Positions 13,010-25,075 of a stretch of DNA of 64,000 nt are shown piece by piece. Below the pieces are notes generated by a model. It saw only the letters and a program-made list of their open reading frames with translations. It was not told the origin of the DNA and made no database searches. Source of the DNA: Carcharhinus longimanus (taxonomy: Eukaryota); NCBI GenBank assembly GCA_030264375.1, contig JASCQW010000081.1, forward strand, positions 60,504,224-60,568,223, read 5' to 3'. The stretch's first letter is position 1, and the number at the start of each line of letters is the position of its first letter. The position numbers and the translations under genes were made by a program.

Positions 13010-14236
13010 CCAAAATTTATTGTCGTATGTCCAGTGAAAAATATTGTTTCTTGCGCGCTACACAGACAAAACATACCGTACATAAAGGACAGGAGGGCAG
13101 AATGGAGCATTAGTCATAGCTAGGGTGCAGAGAAAGATCAACTTAATATGAGATAGATCCATTCAAAAGTCTGACAGCAGCAAGGAAGAAGCTTTTTGAG
13201 CCAGTTGGTTTGTGACCTCAGACTTTTGTATCTTTTTCCTGACGGAAGATGGTGGAAAAGAATATGTCCAGGGTGCATGGGGTCCTTGATTATGCTGGCT
13301 GCTTTACCAAGGCAGCAGGAAGTGTAGACAGTGTCAATGGATGGGAGACTGGTTTGAGTGATGCACGGGGCTTCGTTCATGACCCTCTGGTTTACTGAGG
13401 CCTTGGGCAGAGCAGGGTCCATATCAAGATGTGAAATGACAAGAAAGAACGCTTTCTATGGTGCATCTGTAAGAATTTCTTTAGCCTCCTAAGTAGATGT
13501 GTTGGTGGGCTTTCTTAACTACAGTATCGGCATGGGGGGACCAAAACAGGTTGTTGATGATCTGAACACCTAAAAATTTGATACTTTCAACTATTTCTAC
13601 TTTGTCTCCACTGATGTAGGCAGGAGCATGTCCTCTACTACGCTTCATGAAGTCGATGCTATCATCTTCATTTTTTTGACATTGAGGGAGAGATTGTCAT
13701 TGTCATACCAATTCACCAGATTCTCTATCTTTTTCCTGTACTCCATCTCGTCATTATTTGAGATCCGATACACTATGGTGGTGTCATCATCAAACTTGAA
13801 AATCGAATTGGAAGGGAATTTGGCCATACAGTCATCGGTGTATAAGGAGTATAGTAAGGGGCTGAGGAGACAGCCTTGTGGGGTGCCAGTGTTGAGAATG
13901 ATTATGGAGAAGGTGCTGTTGCCTATCATTACTGATTATGGTCTGTGGATTAGGAAGTCTCAGATCAAGTCGCAGAGGGAGGAGCCAAGCCCAAGGCCAC
14001 AAAGTTTGGAAATAATGGTGTTGAAGGCTGAGCTGTAGTCTATAAAGAGGAGTCTGACATTGTTGTCTTTGTAACTTATGTGTTACAGGGTTGAGTGTAG
14101 GGCCAAGTAGATGGTGTTTCCTGTGGACCTGTTGCAGCGGTATGGGGAACTGTCGTGATTCCAGGCAGTCTGGGAGGCCAGAATTGATTTGTGCCATGTC
14201 TAATCTTTTGAAGCACTTCATAATGATGAATGTCAA
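13010..14236 (-). mobile_element. Rex1/Babar-like non-LTR retrotransposon 3' fragment (frameshifted RT)
   Basis: IILNTGTPQGCLLSPLLYSLYTDDC...FKFDDDTTIVYRISNNDEMEYR; C-terminal KAASIIKDPMHPGHILFHHLPSGKRYKSL. Confidence 0.85.
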
Positions 14237-15233
14237 ATGATGGATAAAAATTAAAGTTGATGCAATTTTCCTGAGAGTTTTATAAATCTGATAAATAACT
14301 TTGATCTTGGTGGTAGGGATCCAATTTCAAGAAAGCACCACTAACAGATGTAATATCTAAATCAATAGATAGAAAAACCTCAAATTTTCTACCTAAAATG
14401 TGATCCACAGCTAAATGTCAGCGGTATATTTTTAAATTACTATTGTTGACTATGAGGCTTGAACAAAATTAGCAGTAATTATCAGCCTTTTTAACTATAT
14501 AATCCTTATGATCAATGGCATATTAACTTTGCATGCAACAATGCCTGTGGAGAAAGCAGCTAGAAATAAGACAGCTTGACGACCCTTTAACAACTTTACA
14601 TCAATCTTAAAGCTGTGCAACTGTATGAGTTCAGCAACTTTTTTAGTTCACTTAGCTACCACCAAATGATAGCTTCCACCGAACAAACTGATAGAACAAT
14701 GTTCCAAAGATCAATCCTCTGACTATGCCCGCACATTTCAAAACCAATTCAGGAAACAATGCCTGTTGTTTGGTAATTTTATATTGTACTTTGAAAAAGA
14801 GGCTTTTTTGTTGCATGACAAGATAAATTGCATTCTTCGAGGATCAATACATTGATCAATTCATGCTAGTTAAGTGTTACTCAACAAAATCGCCATGAGA
14901 GAATTCTAGGCTCATATTCTGACTTAACATGAACAACACAATGGCACCCAAATGTTCTGTAAATAAGTGGATGATTTCGAAATTCATTAATTCATTCAAA
15001 AACTCTCTCTTTATCCTCAAGTTCTTTAATTTCTACTCAACTGGACTTAATTCTTAACTCTGCCTATACTGTATGACTCATGGTAGTTGACTGAACATAT
15101 TGGTATCTTCTTACTATCCTGAGTCGCTTACTTACAGAGAACTGATTCTAATATATGTTCAAAACAAATCCATTCAGAGAATAAGGCAAATGGAAAGTTT
15201 TGTTTCTGAATCGGTGATGGCGATCGATGTTAC

Positions 15234-15342
15234 CTCTGTGCATGACTCGTCGAGAATGCATGTGTTCCAAGGCACTGCAGAGTTGAACAAAATACTTCCA
15301 TATTGTTCTTTCTGGAATCAGCCGCTTCTGTTTTTTAAAATG
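15234..15342 (-). CDS. NEK7: NEK7-like kinase exon: [36 protein letters not shown](D)
   Basis: 109 bp; acceptor ttttcacag|CAT, donor AGAG|gtaaca (phase 1); lies within ORF 15148..15363. Confidence 0.96.
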
Positions 15343-15834
15343 CTGTGAAAATATGGATATCACTATGAATCCAAATTAGTACTAGTTTATAGTATTAAAA
15401 TCTATAACATCCTTAATTATAAACCAAACTTGAATTCTCAAGTCAAAAAAACAAATTTACATACAACACATCAGGATTGCAATTCTCATGCTGAATAATT
15501 CTCATATTGTATAAAGATACAACTAAATAAATAAATGGACAACAGTTGAAATACTTGCATCAAAAAACAACAAACTCTCTTTTTGGGAATACAGTCTCAG
15601 TTGAAGGCAAAAAGGCAACTACCGTCACTCGGTATACATCTGGTTTATTTTCACTCTCCAAACTGGTTTAAAATGACAAACCGAAAACATGCATAACCAA
15701 GCATGGAGTACAAAAAGTTCATGTGTCTCATTAAGCTCATTTCTCCCACAGGCCATGCACTATGTACCCAGCATGGATTAATAACCACCAATGAAATCTC
15801 TTGATAATAAACTATTCAATAAATAAAGTTTTAA

Positions 15835-16126
15835 TGTTTATTTATTTGTATCACAAGTAGGTTTACATTAACGCTGCAATTAAGTTATTGTGAATATCCC
15901 CGAGTCGCTACACTCCAGTGCCTGTTCAGGTACACTGAGGGAAAATTTAGCATAGCCAATGCATTGAACTAGCATGTCTTTTGGACTGTGGGAGAAAAGC
16001 AGTGCACTCAGAGGAAACTCACGCAGACACAGAGAACGTGTAAACTCCGCTCAGGCAGTGACCCAAGCTGGGAATCGAGCCCAGATCCCTGGCATTATGA
16101 GGCAGTAATGTGCCACTATGCCGCCC
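15835..16126 (-). mobile_element. V-SINE with alternative (aataaataaac-type) tail
   Basis: tRNA head and V-domain; tail ...aacttaattgcagcgttaatgtaaacctacttgtgatacaaataaataaac. Confidence 0.8.
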
Positions 16127-17679
16127 TAAAATAAGTAAAACCAAAGAAAATCAAGCAGGACCCCATGATGATGTCATTATCATTCAAAAATTTGAAAAGT
16201 ACTGTCATCAGATGAATATTATTACAACCTAAATGAGGCTGGCCCAATCATGCTCTACATTCAAATTCGATCAACTGGTATTTCTATTTCTTGTTGCCTT
16301 CATTTCACATTTAATCCATTGCAATCAATATCTTGTCAGTCCAACTTCATAAACCATTCAAATCCCTCTGAATTTGTGCCGTTATTTGCTCATTCAACTT
16401 TGACAGGGATAAATTTCAATCAATTTTGTTTGTCTCAATTTCAAAATAGCTTGTCTACACATAACAGTGGGGGGNNNNNNNNNNNNNNNNNNNNNNNNNN
16501 NNNNNNNNNNNNNNNNNNNNNNNNNNNNNNNNNNNNNNNNNNNNNNNNNNNNNNNNNNNNNNNNNNNNNNNNNNNNNNNNNNNNNNNNNNNNNNNNNNGT
16601 GGGGATGGTTGAGCTGTTCTGGGTCTGTACATTAGTTGAAAGGTGAGAAATGGTTTTAAGCTGTATAATTTTTCTCTGTGTAACTCCTGATGTCACACAG
16701 TCAGTAGGAAGCATGCAAAGTTAGCAATTTAATTCATATTTTCAGATGTTTCACAGTGTAGGGCAATTGCCCAAGGCTAGTTTACCATGCAATTATTAAG
16801 AAAACCTACTTGGGAACTTCCCAGCATATCTCTGGGTTATCCGACTGTTACCCTGCCCTGGAGCTCATAAGTTACAGCCCATTATGTTCTAGCTTTCAGG
16901 ACGATTTTTTTTTAAAGGAGATGATTTCTGGTAAAGCACTTGTTTTCCAGTATATGGTCATGTGACCATGTTACCTAGGAAAAAACGACAGAAATGAGAC
17001 CGACACAAAGTTAATTATAGAGATGACTAGATTCAGTGATGGGGCTCTGGTCTTGAGCAGGGTTTTCGTTTCGAACAATTTGGCTGCTGAGCCAAGAACG
17101 CTTAATTCAGCAGAATTCAGTTGAAATTCTGGTTATTGGCTCAAAGAATTTTCAAAACTCTGGTTATCCGAAGGACTATACAAACTGTGCATTAGACTTC
17201 TAGGATAGCCAAGCTGAGAAGAGAGAGAGAGTGAGTCTGTGTGCAAGGATGTAATACCCCAGAGTTAAAGAACACGAGAATCAGGAGAGTTCTGACCCCA
17301 GGTGGCTACACTTAAGATGCTAGCAATATCTTTGTTGAATGGGTAAATCAACAATCTTGCTATGGTTCAGCAAGATTTGAAGGGAAACCTTGCAAGGAGT
17401 GGAAAGCCCAAGAAATCTCAGCCCTTGTACAAAGCTTCAAAATGTTACTCAAAATAAATGGCTAATTTCGCAATTTCTGTTAAGCATCTGACTTCATTTT
17501 TTGGGGGTGTAAACCAAATAGGTATAGAAAAAAAAGAGTTAGGAAGTTTGGTTTAGAGAGTAAGTGACTGCATTCACTGTACTGTTAATATCTTTAACAT
17601 GATCAGCTTGGTATTCATGTTCTTTGATTTTTGAATGGTAAAATTCTTTTGTTTTAAACCACGAACATTGTGGCTTCAG

Positions 17680-18035
17680 TGCATCTGTTTTAATGCGGAG
17701 TGTGACGGCTAAGACGGATGAACTTAAGGCCTTAACGTTTGCGAGGAATTTAGACGTGGCGGCAGTGACAGAGACGTGGTTAAAGGAAGGGCAGGACTGG
17801 CAACTAAATATTCCTGGGTATAAGTGTTTTAGGCATGACAGGGGAGGGTCGAANNNNNNNNNNNNNNNNNNNNNNNNNNNNNNNNNNNNNNNNNNNNNNN
17901 NNNNNNNNNNNNNNNNNNNNNNNNNNNNNNNNNNNNNNNNNNNNNNNNNNNNNACTGGTAGTGTTAAAATGGCGGCACGGGCTCGTTGGGCTGAAGGGCC
18001 TGTTTCCTGGGCTGTTTTTGTTCTTTGTTCATTCT
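17680..18035 (+). mobile_element. CR1 LINE: apurinic endonuclease start and 3' tail separated by an N gap
   Basis: KTDELKAL...DVAAVTETWLKEGQDWQLNIPGYKCFRHDR; 3' end gggctgaagggcctgtttcctgggctg...ttctttgttc; CpG-rich, so probably young. Confidence 0.8.
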
Positions 18036-20887
18036 TTTAGTAAACACTTGGGCTTTACAAACCAAAACAGAATGAAAACATTTTCGGTCTCTACCAAAAT
18101 CATAGCAATGTCCTTTAAGAAAGTATATTAGGAAATATTTCATGACGAGTGATATAAAAGTTCAGAACTCTTCTGCAAATAGCAACCGATGCTTGAATTG
18201 TGAATTTTAAAAATCAGATTTTTGTTAGCCAACGCTACCAGGGAATTTGGGGCAAATCTGGGTATGTGGAGTGATGTCACAGATCGGTTATGATCTAACC
18301 ATATGGTGGAACTGGCTTGAGGGAGTAAATGATCTGCTCTGATATTGTTAATACAATAATATAGTAACAAAACCACAATTCATCCTTATCCTTAAAGCAT
18401 ACATGGCATCCTTCATTAATATCCCCAAGTGAAGTTACTACCATCTTAGTAGAAGTTCAATTCAAGCAAAGAAACTACTCTTCAGGAGCCGTGGCCAGGT
18501 AGAGCTACAGAAAGACAACTCATCAACACAACTGCAGTAAGCCATGCAGAGGAATCAGCCAATCACAGGTCAATATCTGAAACCGGAGTCAAAATAAAAG
18601 CCTATCCCAGCAAGTATTTCACGTGTAAAGATGGCACACAACAGTTCAGAAAGCACGATGGATGGAAGCTAAAAGTTCCTTGCATTGCTTGAGGGAAAAA
18701 AGATCATGTTTAAGCTTTCTTTCTCCTTCAGTTTTTCTTCCCATTTTTGCTTTGTTTCCTTGTTCCTTCCTGTAAGTATACTTTTGCTTTTGCTTACCTC
18801 TACCATATCTTTACACGTACAGGCAATAATAAGGCAAGCGGTCATGTTCTGTCACTAAATGGTGCAAATTATTTCTTTACTTCCATTCTGCAAGATAAAC
18901 CCTCACATAGGGGGTACCATCCAACAGGCACTTTGCCATTAGGCATATATGAATCTGAACAGCAAGTCTGAACATTTTATTCAATTTCTGGGTTTCATTC
19001 TTTGAGTCTTCTATTGTTCCAAGTGAGGTGTTAGGGACATTTTCCAACTTACATTAATATAGATTAGAAACAGCAGTGATTTCAACACCAATGCCGTGTA
19101 GCTCTGCCCGCACCCCCAGCATAGTACCATCCAGCACCAATGCCTGCCTGCCTGGGGCCACGCATACACAAAAGCATCCCCTTTCAAAGCCAATGTTCAA
19201 AGTGCAACTCCCACCCCACGGTTCCCCCATCACCAATGATTGGGGCACCTTATTCAGAATCCCTATCCATATCCTGAAGATTTACATTTGTTTTGGAAAT
19301 CTCATTTGCACACTGCACTGTTACAAGGACCAAAACTTGACAGATATTGTGAGAGCCAATCTGCCAGCAGAGTCCTGCATCTTAAAGCAGATTATACTGG
19401 GGTATTAAAAAAACATTGCGGAGACAACAATAAATCACGTAATAATGATCCATTGTCGACAATGCAAAAACCTGTTTTGTTTTCATTTTGAGATAATTTT
19501 TTTTCTGAAGCAAAAACCACAATCTCTATGGGAAATGTAGAGCCACCTGGTTTTATTTAAAGGAATATGGCACTTCATTTCACAAAAAAAGTGATAAATC
19601 TCAATGATGAGCGAGAAAACCTTAAGAATTAGACATCTGGTCTTCTACTAAAGTGTAATAAATGTCAATAAGAGTTAAACAGTGTTTACTTATGCTGTAA
19701 ACTCAGAGGGAGCCACAGTGGCACTGTCTAAATATTACTTTAACACAACAAATGGTTCATCTGTGATTAATATATTTAAACATTAGTATCTGTAGAATGC
19801 TGAAAACTTTCCAAATTTCATTTCTCTTTTCTTTCAAAAGAGATATACCAGACCATTGCAGTCAAGACTTTCCTTCCAGATGTTTTCAACTTGTCCACAT
19901 GCAAATTACTGGTCAGCTGCTCTGCTCATGTTTCAAATATAATTCCAAGTAACAAAGTTTTGGCATTCATCCAAAATGAGGCTTTGCATCTATTCTTCCC
20001 AAGGCTGCATTTACATATCAGAGGTTTGTTTGATGTCAGGAGGGTAAGGATATGAAACAGCCTTCCTTTCAGAAACATGTTGTATTCTATACAATACACA
20101 CAGCAAAATGAAAAGATTTTTAATATATAAAAATGGACATTGCTGTTGCAGCTAGAATAGATTTCAGATAAAAATGACACAGGACAATGATTCAGAGAAA
20201 TGTGAAAATAAAGTGAATAGCAATATTTAATATAATCATACACAAAAGAGGGGCAACATGGTTAATAGTTTATGGGTTAAAATTAACGGCTGCAAGATAC
20301 ACTAAATATCACAAGGTGGCTATAGAGCACTGTACCCAAAAGATACAAATGATAGGTGGTTAAATATTTTCATTTACCATAATTATAATAAAATATATGC
20401 AAAAACAGTTAGAGTACTTTTCTCAAGTTTTATTTTAGACGTTTTATAAATATAGCCATAGCTTTAGGAATTTAATGCACCACTAAAAAAAAAATCTAAA
20501 TGTATAACACCCATCTTCATATTTAAGTAACTATTATTAGTTAATTGAAAATCTTTCACTTTGCCAAGACCCGAATATTGATTAACTAAAACTCCAATTA
20601 AACAAATCTGGCTTTTTTCAAGTGCTTTTTTTTTTAAATGATGCTGATTCCTGTAATTGAGATTGAATTTGAATGCAAGTTGTATCTTAGAGTGTTGGCC
20701 TAGAATTAATTTCACTATTGATTCTATGCATTAAACTCTGATTTTAAGTTCCTACAAAAAAACTTGTGGACTTGCACTCCTGCTGATTGTTTTGATGGAC
20801 CATAATATTTTTAATTGTGTGATGTCTGCCAATTTCAGAAATTGAGAAGTTAGAATAGCAAAAAGACCTCCCGTGTGATCATAAAAT

Positions 20888-21142
20888 TTAAGTTTATTTA
20901 TTAGTGTCACAAGTCGGCTTACATTAACACTGCAATTAAGTTACTGCGAAAATCTCTCAGTCGCCACACTCCAGCATCTGTTCAGGTTCATTGAGGGACA
21001 ATTTAGCATGGCCAAAGCACCAAATCAGCACATCTTTCAGACTGTGGGAGGAAACCAGAGCACCCAGGGGAAACCCACACAGATACAGGGAGAATATGCA
21101 GATTCTGCACTTAATGACCCAATTAGGAGTCAAACCCAGGCT
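20888..21142 (-). mobile_element. V-SINE (alternative tail), 5' head degraded
   Basis: tttattagtgtcacaagtcggcttacattaacactgcaat...ggaaaccagagcacccaggggaaacccacacag. Confidence 0.8.
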
Positions 21143-21280
21143 TTATATCACACAAAGACACATGAATACAAGAAGCATTCCGACTGGCTTTACTCCACAA
21201 ATGTAATCCGAAAAGAATTGCCAACTAGAATACTTTGTGTTTCACCTATACTGGAAATTGGTGTGTTGGGCTCCTCTAGA

Positions 21281-21533
21281 AGCATGGTGGCACAGTGGTT
21301 AGCACTGCTGCCTCACAGCACCACGGACCTGGGTTCGATTCCCAGTTGGGACACAGTCCGTACGGAGATTGCACATTCTCCTTGTGTTTCCTCCGGGTGC
21401 TCCAGTTTCCTCCAACAGTCTGAAAGACGTGCTAATTAGGTGCATTAACCTGAACAGAGCATGGCTACTAGGTAACAGTAACTTCATTGCAGTATTAACA
21501 CAATTCTTATTTGTGACAAATAAATAAACTTAA
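21281..21533 (+). mobile_element. V-SINE (alternative tail)
   Basis: catggtggcacagtggttagcactgctgcctcacagc...gggttcgattcc...ttgtgacaaataaataaac. Confidence 0.85.
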
Positions 21534-22715
21534 CATTAAAAAGTATACACACTAAAACATAATAGTTTGGAGTTTTGTGAGCCAAATAGTCAGCCTGTCT
21601 CATGAAACAAAATAACATGGGCAATTCTACAACCCTCATCATTAATTGTTTTCATACAAGTAAGGTAACAAAATTCAAATAAGTCATCCTGATTTCTACT
21701 CACGGCTACTAAACAACCAAATAGTTGAAGCCCAATTTAAAACAGTGATTTTATTTTTAAAAGGACACTGCAGTAATAGAAACTACACAGCCCAGTACAG
21801 TCTTTTACTCAAAAATGTGAGATCTGACTAGGATGAATCCATGCATGTGGGGGGGGGGGGCCACTTTTGAAAATGATGGGAATTCTGAAAAATGGGCAAT
21901 TTCCATTGTAGGCACCTCACCGTAATGTATACAACATCCTTACTGACTAAGACAGAACTTTAAACTGACTGACAAACCACAGGTCATCTTTATGAAAAAA
22001 AGATGCTAACCCAAAGGATCTTTAAAAACACCGGTTGATGTTCAAGAAGTGCCATCAAGTCACAATGTTTAAATGGTTAATTTCCAATTCTAGGCGTTCA
22101 ATTAAAGCTGAATCAAGCAATATCAAAAGGACAGTTTTCCTCACAAGGATTGTAAATTCCTAAGAATGCAACAGATTGAAAGAAAGGACATACAATTTTA
22201 AATCGTCCCAAATCTGAATCTCAAAATGGTTTACAGTGGGGGGAGATTTCTTAGCTAGTTTCATTGAATAGGATACAGAGGGTTATTTACCAAGAGATCC
22301 TTCCTTTCCAAGAAAGGAAATTGCAGAAAGTAACAAGAAGTGTAATTTGAGTTTTCACTAAATGCTAAAGACACAGTGCTCCAAAATGAACGCAGTCACA
22401 ACATGGCCAAAGTTTCGAGAATGACAATGTTGATACATTACCTTTTTGACAATGAACCACATGAAATTCTAATTAAGTCATTTAATTCTGGAGAACTGTA
22501 TTCAAGAAAACAGCTGCATCTCTTAGGTGCTGATCTACAAATTCTTCTTGTGGGACAAGGAGACAAGACCTTTTCTGCCCAATGCTAGCACAACTAACAT
22601 GATCTAAAAGGCTAATTTTGTTCCAAGTAAATCAATGTTTTTCCATCTCATGTGTGTTTATACATTTTGGGAATTAGGAAAAAGATACATGAACTCCCTT
22701 GTGTTAAAAAAGGTA

Positions 22716-22841
22716 GTATGACGTCTCACAGCACCAGGTTAAAGTCCAACAGGTTGATTTAAGCACATAAGAACATAAGAAATAGGAGCAGGAGTAGGCC
22801 ATCTGGCCCTTCGAGCCTGCCTCGCCATTCAATAAGATCAT
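22716..22841 (-). mobile_element. Penelope terminal stub followed by a CR1 3' tail running into a gap
   Basis: gtctcacagcaccaggttaaagtccaacagg; cataagaacataagaaataggagcaggagtaggccatctggcccttcgagcctg. Confidence 0.7.
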
Positions 22842-22941
22842 NNNNNNNNNNNNNNNNNNNNNNNNNNNNNNNNNNNNNNNNNNNNNNNNNNNNNNNNNNN
22901 NNNNNNNNNNNNNNNNNNNNNNNNNNNNNNNNNNNNNNNNN

Positions 22942-23760
22942 AAATCGCCTCACGGTCTTATTTCTGCCTATCTCTGCAATCTCTTCTATTCCTACAAGCC
23001 TCTGAGGTGTCTGCATTCATTCAAACCTGATCTCTTCAAAAATCTTCTCCTAATTTTAAACTGTTCTATTGGCATTATGTCAAGGGTGTATGCTCTTGAA
23101 TCCCCTACCTACAGTGCTCCTTAAAGCCAATCTCTTTGATCGAATTTCTGGTGATCTGATTTATGATCTACTTATATCATATTTTCTTTTAAAATGCTCC
23201 TCAGACAAGCAGTGTGAAAGCTTAGAGACGGTGGAGGAATCAAGACAGATGGAGGTGACTTGAACTGTGCAGCATTAGCATACGTGTGAAAATTGCTGCC
23301 CCATTTTTAGATTATGTTGTCGATGGGCAGTACATAGAAGAAAAATGAGAGGCCGTCAGGGGAAGGATAAACTGGGGCAATAAGTAATTTGCAGGTGATT
23401 CACTGGCTGTGATCGGATAAATAGGAATGGAATGAAGCACACGCAATCTTACCAAGCTGGACAAAAGTGAAAAGACACTGGTGCAGAATTTCCTGATCAA
23501 ACTTGTCAAAAACTACATAGTTGAGGGGAACTACAAGTTGACGAAGAGTAGGAGGGATAGCTTATTTTCTTCACATCAATTAGGATGTCATTTGTGACTC
23601 TGGTAAAAAGCCATTTCAGTACTATGAAAGAAGTGGAAACCTCATTGGAGGGATTCCAACATTATGGTTCAGGAAAGATGGGAAGTGAAACATGTACAAG
23701 GAGGTGTGGGGAAGAAAGGAAGGTTGAGAAAGAGGCAGTAGTTTGAGAGGATGTAAGGGA
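22942..23760. mobile_element. Old L2-like LINE fragments
   Basis: cctatctctgcaatctc...gaatcccctacc tail-like segment (+); purine-rich RT-region remnant aaaagccatttcagtactatgaaagaagtggaaacctcattggagggattccaac (-). Confidence 0.45.
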
Positions 23761-24189
23761 AACAATTGATCAGTCTTTTTTCGGGGGCATGTGGGTAATT
23801 TGTTTTAAGCATGCATTCACTTTCATTTATTTTCTGTGCATGTGCAGTAACTAAAAATAGTCAACTTATGCACAGTTCACAGTTGACCTGGGACTTTCAG
23901 GTTACTGCACAGAATATTGGTCGAGGGATTTTTTTTGTAAGGAAAGAGACATTGACAGCAAATTTGAAGGAAAATGAGCCAGTAATTATACCAGCTAACA
24001 GCAAGAGAGGAAGTTAGATGATCAGGAGTTTGGTAGGAATAGGGTCTAGAAAACAATAAGCAAGTCTCAGCAACACAATGTGTTCAGAGAGGGTATGACA
24101 GGAGATCGGAGAGAAACTGAAATAAAAAAGCAAAGTAATAAGAGGTAATATATTTGGTGGCCAGGAACACAGAAAGGAAGCACAAACGG

Positions 24190-25075
24190 TGGGCGTAATC
24201 TTGTCCGCATTCATGCCATGCCCCTGCTGCAGTGAGGTCGGACAACTTGGTGGCCAGCCAAATCGCCATTCATTGTAGTGGAATGAGAAAATCCCGCTGG
24301 TGTGAATGGTGATAAGAGGGCAATTCTCCCAAAAAATTCTAAATGTTGCATTTGTGGGAAAACTGAAGCAATTCACGCTGGATTTTTCAGTGGAAATCCA
24401 GAGGGGAATCTCCTACACTCTGTGCAATGCACTGGCCATCAGCGTGAATATCATTAGACTTCAGGGGCAGGGCCTATTCCTGCATAGAAGGCGGAAACAA
24501 ACAGGCCTCTGCACATGCTCAGTGGCCCCAAATTGTCAGTCTCTCGTTTGCTGGCCAGTGATCCCAGCAATGCTGCTCCCCCAAATCCCCCCACCCCACA
24601 GCCTGATCACAGCCCCTCCATCCAATCGCAGGACAGCTCTGAGTCTGCCTCTGGCCCACCCTAATTTCCAGTTCACCCCCCCTCCCCCAGCCAACCCTGA
24701 CTGCTGACCTCCCGACCAGGTCCCAATGCAGAGCGGCAACAGGATTCCCCCATCCCCACTGATTGCCCCTAGGCCCCATCCCCAAGGCCCTTTTACCTTG
24801 GCACTGCCCCATGCCTGGTGGACAGTACCAAGGTGCCACTGGGCATTGGCACTTTGCCCTTTGGGCAGTGCCAGAAAGCACAGGTGCCCATGCCCAAAGG
24901 AAACCAACCCCCACCAATTACCTCCCCCCCTTCACTCCAGCAGGGTCATCCCATTAGTTCCCCGAAAGTGGGGAGCTATAGTAATCCCCGCTAGAGTGAA
25001 ACATTCAAACGGGATGGGAGATGCTAGTGGGCCTGGAGAATTCAGTTCCTTCCCCACTAATAGTATTTAAATGAA
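24190..25075. mobile_element. GC-rich non-autonomous DNA transposon(s), Harbinger-like MITE
   Basis: gggcgtaatctt...gagaaaatcccgc short inverted ends (24190-24298); adjacent GC-rich block with short internal inverted repeats (tggcactgccc/gggcagtgcca). Confidence 0.45.

Noticed and set aside
15100-15348. Plus-strand ORFs over kinase exons (also 9545..9793 and 55706..55954)
   Set aside because: They are antisense shadows of real minus-strand exons.
21281-21360. tRNA gene (A and B boxes), also at the other SINE heads
   Set aside because: The sequence continues directly into the V-SINE body, so it is a tRNA-derived SINE head rather than a tRNA.
24306-25070. Cluster of overlapping 110-130 aa ORFs
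   Set aside because: They arise from stop-poor GC-rich repeat sequence and give Pro/Gly-rich translations with no motif.
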